This document shows, piece after piece, positions 19,162 through 26,707 of a DNA stretch of 64,000 nucleotides. The translations under genes and the position numbers were made by a program. A model generated the notes under the pieces. The model made no database searches and was not told the DNA's origin. It saw only the letters and a program-made list of their open reading frames with translations. Every line of letters begins with the position of its first letter. The first letter of the stretch is position 1. Source of the DNA: an uncultured bacterium (GTDB taxonomy: Bacteria; Muiribacteriota; Ozemobacteria; Ozemobacterales; Ozemobacteraceae); the NCBI GenBank assembly GCA_964389325.1, contig CAYMEN010000011.1, positions 52,252 through 116,251 on the forward strand, read 5' to 3'.

Positions 19162-19958
19162 GCAGCGGCCTGTATTCGACGTCAAAGAAGGATTTCGACA
19201 AGACCCTCGACCTGACACGCGTCAAACCGTACGGCGACACGATGAACGACGGCAAGACGCAGGTGTCGTTCACCCTGCCCGTCGCCGACGACGACCGCGC
19301 TATCGCTGCCGCCGCCCAGCTCGCCGAGAAGATGGGACTGCGCGAGCCGCAGGTCGTCTACCACAAGAGTCTCGACGCCCAGTTCACATTCTTCGTCGTC
19401 TACGGCACCTGCGAACATACCATCGACTATACGGCGATCAAGGTTCACACGGTCGACAACCAGGTGATGGGCATGCCCGAGACGAACGAGTTCATCCGCG
19501 ACCGGATCGGTCGCAAGGTCGTCATCATCGGGGCCAGCACGGGCACCGATGCTCACACGGTCGGCATCGACGCGATCATGAACATGAAGGGCTACGCCGG
19601 CCATTACGGCCTCGAACGGTATGAGATGATCGAGGCGTACAACCTCGGCAGCCAGGTGACGAACGAGGAGTTCGTGAAGAAGGCGGCCGAGCTGAAGGCC
19701 GACGTGCTGCTCGTTTCCCAGACCGTCACGCAGAAGAACGTCCATATCCAGAACCTGACCGAGCTCGTCGAGCTGCTCGAAGCCGAGGGCCTGCGCGACA
19801 AGGTGGTGCTGGTCTGCGGCGGCCCCCGCATCACCCACGAGCTTGCCAAGGAGCTCGGCTACGACGCCGGTTTCGGCCCCGGAAAATACGCCGACGACGT
19901 CGCTTCATTCGCCGTGAACGATATCGCCCGACGCGGCCTCACGAAACGCCCGGCCTGA
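19158..19958 (+). CDS. kamE: Lysine 5,6-aminomutase beta subunit (B12-binding)
   Basis: 'VKPYGDTMNDGK', 'GTDAHTVGIDAIMNMKG' (DxHxxG motif), 'SQTVTQK', 'CGGPRI'. Confidence 0.96.
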   Translation: MSSGLYSTSKKDFDKTLDLTRVKPYGDTMNDGKTQVSFTLPVADDDRAIAAAAQLAEKMGLREPQVVYHKSLDAQFTFFVVYGTCEHTIDYTAIKVHTVDNQVMGMPETNEFIRDRIGRKVVIIGASTGTDAHTVGIDAIMNMKGYAGHYGLERYEMIEAYNLGSQVTNEEFVKKAAELKADVLLVSQTVTQKNVHIQNLTELVELLEAEGLRDKVVLVCGGPRITHELAKELGYDAGFGPGKYADDVASFAVNDIARRGLTKRPA

Positions 19959-19977
19959 TCCCCGGCGAAGAAAACTC

Positions 19978-21759
19978 ATGGAAGCCGGCATCCGGAACGC
20001 GCAGTCCCGAATGCCGGCTTTCTCGTTTCTGCGAACCCTTCTGGAGCATGTGCGGACGTCGTCGAGAGCGGGAGTATTCATCGAGGTCGTGCTGCCCGTC
20101 CTCCCGCTCTTTTTACTGTATCTCCTCCAGCCCGGGGCTCCCGCCGCCATCGATATGCCGCTTCACCTGCGGGCCGCGAACGATTATGCCCTCGTGCTCG
20201 TCTCGACGAAAGGGATTCCCGATTGGGACCCCTTCGTGTTCGACGGCTTCGGAGCCCTGACATTCCGCTACTCCGGGCAGTTGCCGCTGTTTATTGCATC
20301 TCTCTTCGTGCTGGCCGGGTTCGCGCCGGAACTCGCTCTCAAACTGGCCGTGGTTGGATTTGCGCTTGCTGGGTCCTGGGGAATGCGCGAATTTCTCAGG
20401 TCGGAAGGGCTTTCCTGGCCGCGCCGGATCGTCGGAAGCCTGTGCCTCGTTTCCGGTCCCGGCGTTGCGATGCATCTCTATCACAACTTCTTCTTCCAGC
20501 ATCTGTGCGCGGTTCTGCTCTTCCCCTGCGTGCTGGCGGGCATGAGGACGAATTTCCGCCGGCTGGCCGTCGCGACAGGAGTCATGTGCTGGACGCATCT
20601 CCAGATGGCGTTCGTCTGCCTGTGCCTTGCCGCCGTCGTCGCCGTCATACGATCCGTCATGGCGGGATCGCCGCGGCAATTCGCCACGTTCCTTGCCGCT
20701 TCCGTCATCGGCGGCTGTCTGGCGGCGCCCTTTCTGCTGCCGGCGATGCTCTCGGTGAAGGAGGCGCATTTCGAAGGGAAGAACAAGGTCAGGCCCGGGA
20801 TCGAGTCGCTTTTCATCGACGAGGTGTTCCGGTCGGACAAGGACGCCAACGGCAGAAGCGTTTCGGTCGAGATCGGCCGGGCGCAGGGATTGATGCCGGC
20901 CCTCGACTGCCTCCTGAACCGCGGGGGGCGGATTCACTCGGAATACGGCTGGGTCCTGTTCCGGTTCCTGCGGTCCTGGATCCTCCTGGCGGTGGTGATT
21001 CTGCTGGGGCTCGCGATCGCCGGCGCGGCCGTCGCACGCAGGAGGGGCGCCCTTCCGTGCGGGTTGGCCGGGTTCCTGGCCTGTCTGGCGATGTTCCGGT
21101 GGTCCATGCCTTTCTGGCAGCTGCTTTCGCCGCTCGCGGAGCTTCTCGAATTCTCCTGGCGCCTGCTGATCCCGGCGCAGATCCTTCTCACCCCCGTGAT
21201 GACCGACGGGGGATTCGCATGTGCCCGGATGGCCGGAAGAAGGCTGCCGGGAATCGCCGTGCCGGTCCTGTTCCTGGCCCTGTTCGGCGGACTGCCGGCG
21301 ATTTCCGCCGTTTTCGCGGGGATAAGCAAACCGTTCGGAACATCGGATATCGAGTACTATATGAGCGAGGGAAGAGCGGTGGCTCCCGTGTTCAAGCCGT
21401 TTCACGCCCCGCTGGCTGCCGCCGCCCGTCCCGATGCGATCCCCCTCTTCTCCGCGACGATCGTTCGGGGCGCCGGCAGGGTGTTCCCCGGCGAGCCCGG
21501 CCTCGCCGGAACGACGTTTCGCGCCGATGTCGCCAGCGGCGGGGCGACGATCCGCATTGCGGCCCATTACGATCGCGACTGGCGGCTGACGGCCGACGGC
21601 CGGGAGATCCGCCTGGCACCGGATCGTAGGGACGGAACCCTGACGGCTGTTCTGCCGGCCGGTCTTCACGACATCGTTCTCGAGCGGAAAAGCCCGTCGG
21701 GCCGGTGGATCGGCGCTTTTCTGATGATGGCCGGATTCGCGGCGCTCGCGGCCCTGTGA
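19978..21759 (+). CDS. Polytopic membrane protein, PTPS-related/YfhO-like (GT-C-type glycosyltransferase candidate)
   Basis: About 11-12 hydrophobic segments; early loop 'PDWDPFVFDGFGALTFRYSGQLP'; 'QFSWR'-like 'LEFSWR'; C-terminal soluble domain plus a final TM helix; start uncertain. Confidence 0.6.
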   Translation: MEAGIRNAQSRMPAFSFLRTLLEHVRTSSRAGVFIEVVLPVLPLFLLYLLQPGAPAAIDMPLHLRAANDYALVLVSTKGIPDWDPFVFDGFGALTFRYSGQLPLFIASLFVLAGFAPELALKLAVVGFALAGSWGMREFLRSEGLSWPRRIVGSLCLVSGPGVAMHLYHNFFFQHLCAVLLFPCVLAGMRTNFRRLAVATGVMCWTHLQMAFVCLCLAAVVAVIRSVMAGSPRQFATFLAASVIGGCLAAPFLLPAMLSVKEAHFEGKNKVRPGIESLFIDEVFRSDKDANGRSVSVEIGRAQGLMPALDCLLNRGGRIHSEYGWVLFRFLRSWILLAVVILLGLAIAGAAVARRRGALPCGLAGFLACLAMFRWSMPFWQLLSPLAELLEFSWRLLIPAQILLTPVMTDGGFACARMAGRRLPGIAVPVLFLALFGGLPAISAVFAGISKPFGTSDIEYYMSEGRAVAPVFKPFHAPLAAAARPDAIPLFSATIVRGAGRVFPGEPGLAGTTFRADVASGGATIRIAAHYDRDWRLTADGREIRLAPDRRDGTLTAVLPAGLHDIVLERKSPSGRWIGAFLMMAGFAALAAL

Positions 21760-21769
21760 ACTCCCCGGC

Positions 21770-22237
21770 TCAGCTATCGCTCTCGACGTCTTCCGACGCT
21801 GGCCGAAGGCTCCGGGCGACTGACTGGACTTCGGCCAGGAGGCTTGCCTGCAGGCTGAGACGGATTCCGGGGCAGTTTTTAAACGCGAGGCTGACGACGG
21901 GAAACAGGCCCAAAACGCTCGTCCGTTCCACGACCTGCATGTCGGACCAGGGGATGAAGATCGGCTCGTGACCTGCCCGGACGAACCAGGGCATCGACAG
22001 GTGCAGACCCTGGGAATCGCCGCCGATCGTCACGCAGTTGTTGTATGCCGCCCAGAAGCTGAACCGCAGGCTGCGAAACCTCCATGTCTCTCCAGCGGTC
22101 TGTGTCCGGCCGGGGTATGCCGCCGCGAGACGGCTCCAGCCGCCCAGCCAGGCTATCACACGCAGGGTCACGGAGATGAACAGCAGGATGCCCACGATAG
22201 GCGCCGGGATCAGCAGCAGACGCAGAACTTCATCCAT
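21770..22237 (-). CDS. Small membrane-anchored hypothetical protein
   Basis: N-terminal TM helix, then 'GGWSRLAAAY', 'YNNCVTIG', 'HEPIFIPWSD'. Confidence 0.65.
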   Translation of the reverse strand: MDEVLRLLLIPAPIVGILLFISVTLRVIAWLGGWSRLAAAYPGRTQTAGETWRFRSLRFSFWAAYNNCVTIGGDSQGLHLSMPWFVRAGHEPIFIPWSDMQVVERTSVLGLFPVVSLAFKNCPGIRLSLQASLLAEVQSVARSLRPASEDVESDS

Positions 22238-22365
22238 TCGGATGCATCCTTCCTCACGTATATCGAAGGTCGGGACTCTATCCGAAGTATACACGATGAC
22301 GGCCGGGATGGGCGTTCGCGCGTCCGCGCAGGCAGGTTTTCTTACCCCGGAAAGCGGAACTGGTG

Positions 22366-22371
22366 TATAAT
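22366..22371 (+). promoter_or_regulatory. -10 element (TATAAT) 6 nt before the GT2 start codon; leaderless candidate
   Basis: TGGTG-TATAAT-CGCGGC-ATG; no Shine-Dalgarno. Confidence 0.55.
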
Positions 22372-22377
22372 CGCGGC

Positions 22378-23289
22378 ATGAGCGGACAGCGGAAGATCAG
22401 TCGACCATGGGAACTGGAGCCTGGCTGTGGCCTGTCCGTCATCATCCCGGCGTATAACGAGGAGCGGGCGATCGGGGGGGTCGTGACGTCGGTTTTCGAC
22501 GCCTTTTCCGGCAGGCTTCGGGGCCCCCTGGAAGTGATCGTCGTCGATGACGGCTCCACCGACGGGACCGCTGCGGCCGTTCCGCCCGAGGCCATCCTGG
22601 TGCGCCACCCGAAGAACACCGGGTATGGCAGATCCCTCCTGACCGGGATCGACCGTGCGACCCACGACCTGATCGCGATCATCGACGCCGACGGAACGTA
22701 CGATCCGCGCGAATTCGGCGAGATGCTGCCGCTGGCCGGCGTGTACGACATGATCATCGGCGCCCGCCGGATTGAGAAACAGACCGTGTTCGTCAAGGCC
22801 CTGCGGCTCCTGCTGCGGTCGCTCATCCTGTATTTCACCGGCCATCATTCCCCCGATCCGAACAGCGGCATGCGCGTCTTCAGGCGCGACATCGTCACGA
22901 GCGGCCGCGAACTGTTCAGTCTCAAGTTCTCCTTTTCGACGTCGCTGACCGTCTATTCATGCATGACGAACCGGTTCGTCAGCTATGTGCCGATCGGCTA
23001 CGGCGACCGGACGGGGATTTCCAAAGTCCGCCATGTCCGGGACTCACTGCGAACCTTTTTCCTGATCCTGAGCATGGGCCTGATGTTCCGCCCGGGACAC
23101 TGCATCTTCGCGCAGACGATCCTTTTCCTTCTCGGTTCCGCGCTGCTTGCCGCGTCCGGCCTGGTCGGGCCAGGCTTCTGGGGCATCACGATCGGAATCA
23201 CCTGGGTTGTCCTGCATCTCACGGTGCTTGCCGCATTTCAGGCATATATCATGAGTAGATTATATGAACGACTCCGTGACAGACCGTAA
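22378..23289 (+). CDS. GT2 glycosyltransferase (DPM1/GtrB-like) with two C-terminal TM helices
   Basis: 'VIIPAYNEE', 'VVDDGSTDGT', 'IIDADGTY' (DxD motif), 'DPNSGMRVFRR'. Confidence 0.9.
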   Translation: MSGQRKISRPWELEPGCGLSVIIPAYNEERAIGGVVTSVFDAFSGRLRGPLEVIVVDDGSTDGTAAAVPPEAILVRHPKNTGYGRSLLTGIDRATHDLIAIIDADGTYDPREFGEMLPLAGVYDMIIGARRIEKQTVFVKALRLLLRSLILYFTGHHSPDPNSGMRVFRRDIVTSGRELFSLKFSFSTSLTVYSCMTNRFVSYVPIGYGDRTGISKVRHVRDSLRTFFLILSMGLMFRPGHCIFAQTILFLLGSALLAASGLVGPGFWGITIGITWVVLHLTVLAAFQAYIMSRLYERLRDRP

Positions 23290-24787
23290 AATCATCCTGG
23301 TCCAGCCTTCGATGGGCGTTGCGGGCGAGTTCGTCCGCCATCCGCCCCTGAGCCTGCTGTACGTCGCATCCGGGCTCGTCAAGGACGGATTCGACGTGCA
23401 AATCATCGATCTTCGCGCGTCGGCCGGGGGAACGGCCGACGTGGTGAAGGCCCTCGACGCGGACGTGCTGTGGGTCGGCCTCACCGTGATGGGCGGCGCG
23501 CCCGTCGCCAGCGCTCTCGAGGTCAGCCGGGCCGTCAAAGCGGCGGGGAAGTATCCCGTCGTCTGGGGCGGCTCGCTCGCGACGATCGCTCCCGACACGG
23601 TTCTCGGAAACCCCGCCATCGATTACGCGATCAGCGGCTCCGGCGTCTCGTCCGCCGTCCGGCTGAGCCGGGTCCTTGCCACAACCGATACGCCGACGAG
23701 TGACCAGCTCGACCATATCCCGGGGCTGTATTCGCGACACGATGGGCGGATCGTCGGCAGGAAGCCGTTCCGGGGCTTCGAACCGGTGCCGCTCCGCGAG
23801 ATTCCGTACCACCTGATTCCGGATTACGGCGTCTACGCGCATTTCGGAACGTCCCGCCGCGTCTTTCCGATCTACAGCGCGTTCGGCTGCCCCTACCGGT
23901 GCGCGTTCTGTATATCGCCGGCTATGTATAAAGAATACAAGCCGAAGTGGCTGCCTCTGCCGGCCACGGAGGTCGTCGATCACATCGAATACCTGCGTGA
24001 CCGATACGACGCCGGGTTGATCTACTTCTACGACGACGACTCGTTCGTGAATACCGAGCATATCAGGGGCATTCTCGACGAGCTGAAGCGGCGGCGGATC
24101 AAAATCCCGATGAGCTTCCGCGGGGCGCGCGTGAACGAGATCCTGCGCATGGACGACGAGTTTTTGAACGACCTCGCCGAAAGCGGCACCGAGATCCTGC
24201 ATGTCGGCCTGGAATCGGGTTCGCCGCGCATCCTCGCCCTGTATGAAAAGGGCGTGACCGTCGAGGACACGATCGAGGCGAACCGGCGCCTGGCGAAGAA
24301 CGGCAAACTGATCGCCGCCTACAACTGGATCGTCGGAGCCCCCGGCGAAACGTGCGGGGAGATGGCGGCGACGCGGCGCCTGCTCCTGCGGATTCTCGAT
24401 GAGAACCCGCGCGCCTTCGTCTTCCAGCCGAACAAGTTTCATCCGCTCCCGGGAACGGTCATGGCCGATGTGGCCGCGCGGCATGGGTATCGTCCTCCCG
24501 TAACGCTCGAAGACTGGTCCCGCGAGGAGCAGGAGGGTGACAAACGGGAACCCTGGTACACCGCCCGGATCCGGCGGGACATCGAGATGATGCAGGTGAC
24601 ATCCTACTTCATCGATCACAAGGCGGAGCTGCTGACGACTGAAGATACGCTTTACTATAAAATCGTCAGGCTGATCATCGCCCTCTACCGCCCGTTCGCG
24701 CGGTTCAGGTTCAAGCGGGGATTCGCCGGCCTCCTGTTCGAGTATCCCCTGTTCCGGCGAGTGGTGATGCGACACAGAAAGAGCTGA
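23264..24787 (+). CDS. Cobalamin-binding radical SAM protein (class B methyltransferase-like)
   Basis: N-terminal B12-binding domain ('PPLSLLYVAS', 'VVWGG'), 'GCPYRCAFC', 'FYDDDSF', 'GLESGS'. Confidence 0.9.
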   Translation: MNDSVTDRKIILVQPSMGVAGEFVRHPPLSLLYVASGLVKDGFDVQIIDLRASAGGTADVVKALDADVLWVGLTVMGGAPVASALEVSRAVKAAGKYPVVWGGSLATIAPDTVLGNPAIDYAISGSGVSSAVRLSRVLATTDTPTSDQLDHIPGLYSRHDGRIVGRKPFRGFEPVPLREIPYHLIPDYGVYAHFGTSRRVFPIYSAFGCPYRCAFCISPAMYKEYKPKWLPLPATEVVDHIEYLRDRYDAGLIYFYDDDSFVNTEHIRGILDELKRRRIKIPMSFRGARVNEILRMDDEFLNDLAESGTEILHVGLESGSPRILALYEKGVTVEDTIEANRRLAKNGKLIAAYNWIVGAPGETCGEMAATRRLLLRILDENPRAFVFQPNKFHPLPGTVMADVAARHGYRPPVTLEDWSREEQEGDKREPWYTARIRRDIEMMQVTSYFIDHKAELLTTEDTLYYKIVRLIIALYRPFARFRFKRGFAGLLFEYPLFRRVVMRHRKS

Positions 24788-24793
24788 CGTCCC

Positions 24794-26704
24794 ATGTGCG
24801 GCATCGCCGGCATCATCGATACGCGACGACCGGGAGTGGACCCGGCGGCCGGCCGCCGGATGCTGGCGCGCATCCGGCACCGCGGCGACGACGGGCGCGG
24901 CGAACTGCTGCTCCCGCACGCCTGGCTTGGGCACCAGCGGCTCGCCGTCATCGACCTGAGCGAACACGCCGCCCAGCCGTTCTCCTCGCCGGACGACCGG
25001 TTTCACCTGGTATTCAACGGGGAAATATATAATTATCGCGAGCTGCGGGCGGCGTTCGAGGCCGAAGCGCCCCTGCGCAGCCGTTCCGATACCGAGGTGC
25101 TGCTTCGGATGTGGCAGCGATACGGCATCTCGTGCCTGCCGCGCATCCGCGGCATGTTCGCCTTCGCCGTCTGGGACTCCGTCGAGCGCAGCCTGACGCT
25201 GGTCCGCGATCGCCTCGGCATAAAACCTTTATTCTATACCTGGTCGGATGGAACTCTGGGCTTCGCCTCGGAACTCAAGGCGTTGCGCGTCCTGCCGGGC
25301 TGCCGCGACGACCTGGACGCGCGGGCCGTCAGCGATTTTCTCGCCGTCGGGTACATCGGCGGCGAGAAGAGCGTCTTCCGGCAGATCCGCCGCCTCGAAC
25401 CCGGCTGCTGGCTCAGGCTGGATGTTCCCTCGTCATCGCTGAGCACCGGCGCCTGGTGGGATGCTGCCGATCTCCTTGCAGAGCCGTGCCGCCCCGCCGG
25501 CGAAGAAGAAGTGCGGGAACTGCTCCGGCAGGCCGTCGAACGGCGGCTCGTCGCCGACGTAGAGATCGGCTGTCTCCTGAGCGGCGGGATCGACTCGTCG
25601 GCGGTCCTGGACATGGCCGTGGCACAGTATCCGCACATGCGGACCTTTTCGGCCGGCTTTCCCGAAGCCGGTTTCGACGAACGCGTCCGGGCTGAGGCGT
25701 TCGGCCGTTCGCGCGGCGTCGGCGTCGAGGGGGTCGAGATCCTGCCTCCCACCTTGAACGAGCTGAGGCGGCTCGTCTGGCATTTCGACCAGCCGTTCGC
25801 CGACTCGTCCGCCTGGCCGACCTGGAAGGTGTGCCAGCTCGCCTCGAAGCGGGTGAAGGTCGCGCTGACCGGCGACGGCGGCGACGAGATGTTCGGCGGG
25901 TACGAGACGTGCCGCGCCGACCTGCTCGCGATGCTCGGGCGGCGGTTCGTTCCCGGCTGGGCGTTCCTGCTGCGCGTCGCCGACAGGCTCGGCGGCATCG
26001 TTCCCGTCGGGTATGGAAAAGTCTCGCTCGAATACAAGGTGCGCCAGTTCTGCCGCTGGGCCGGGGCCGATGCTGCGTTCGCGCATTTCGGCTGGCGCTC
26101 GCTGTTCGAGAGCAGCCTCCGCCGCGGACTCCTTGCCCCCGATCTCGTCAGAGATCTCGGGGAATATACGCCCTTCGACCGGTTCAGGACATTCTACGAG
26201 CGGTGCGATGGCCTCGACGAGCAGCGGCGCCATTTTTACGTCGACCTCCGGACCTGGCTTGCCGACGACATTCTCGTGAAGGCCGACACCGCGTCGATGG
26301 CCCACGGCCTGGAACTGCGGAGTCCGTTCCTCGATCTCGACGTGCTGGCGAGAAGCGCGAGCATCCCGTGGCGTCAGAAGTTCGACCTCGCCTCGACGAA
26401 GAAAATCCTCCGCCGGAGCCTGCGCGGCGTCCTGCCCGACGAACTGATCGACCGCCCGAAATCCGGCTTCAACAGCCCCGCTGCCGCCTGGCTCACGGGG
26501 CCGCTCCGAGAGGCGTTCGTGACGACGGTCCATTCGTCGCTTTTCAGGACCTGGTTTCCCGATACGGCGCTGATCATGTCCCTGCACCGCGAGCTCGAGG
26601 AACGGCGGCGCGACTGGGGGTTCGCCCTCTGGGGGCTGTTCATGTTCGGCATCTGGGCCGAGGTCCATCTGGGCCGGTCCGGCGACGAGCCGCCGGCCGG
26701 CTGA
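24794..26704 (+). CDS. asnB: Asparagine synthase (glutamine-hydrolysing)-family amidotransferase
   Basis: 'MCGIAG' N-terminal nucleophile, 'HRGDDG', 'FNGEIYNY', 'LLSGGIDSS', 'LTGDGGDEMFGGY'. Confidence 0.92.
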   Translation: MCGIAGIIDTRRPGVDPAAGRRMLARIRHRGDDGRGELLLPHAWLGHQRLAVIDLSEHAAQPFSSPDDRFHLVFNGEIYNYRELRAAFEAEAPLRSRSDTEVLLRMWQRYGISCLPRIRGMFAFAVWDSVERSLTLVRDRLGIKPLFYTWSDGTLGFASELKALRVLPGCRDDLDARAVSDFLAVGYIGGEKSVFRQIRRLEPGCWLRLDVPSSSLSTGAWWDAADLLAEPCRPAGEEEVRELLRQAVERRLVADVEIGCLLSGGIDSSAVLDMAVAQYPHMRTFSAGFPEAGFDERVRAEAFGRSRGVGVEGVEILPPTLNELRRLVWHFDQPFADSSAWPTWKVCQLASKRVKVALTGDGGDEMFGGYETCRADLLAMLGRRFVPGWAFLLRVADRLGGIVPVGYGKVSLEYKVRQFCRWAGADAAFAHFGWRSLFESSLRRGLLAPDLVRDLGEYTPFDRFRTFYERCDGLDEQRRHFYVDLRTWLADDILVKADTASMAHGLELRSPFLDLDVLARSASIPWRQKFDLASTKKILRRSLRGVLPDELIDRPKSGFNSPAAAWLTGPLREAFVTTVHSSLFRTWFPDTALIMSLHRELEERRRDWGFALWGLFMFGIWAEVHLGRSGDEPPAG

Positions 26705-26707
26705 ACG

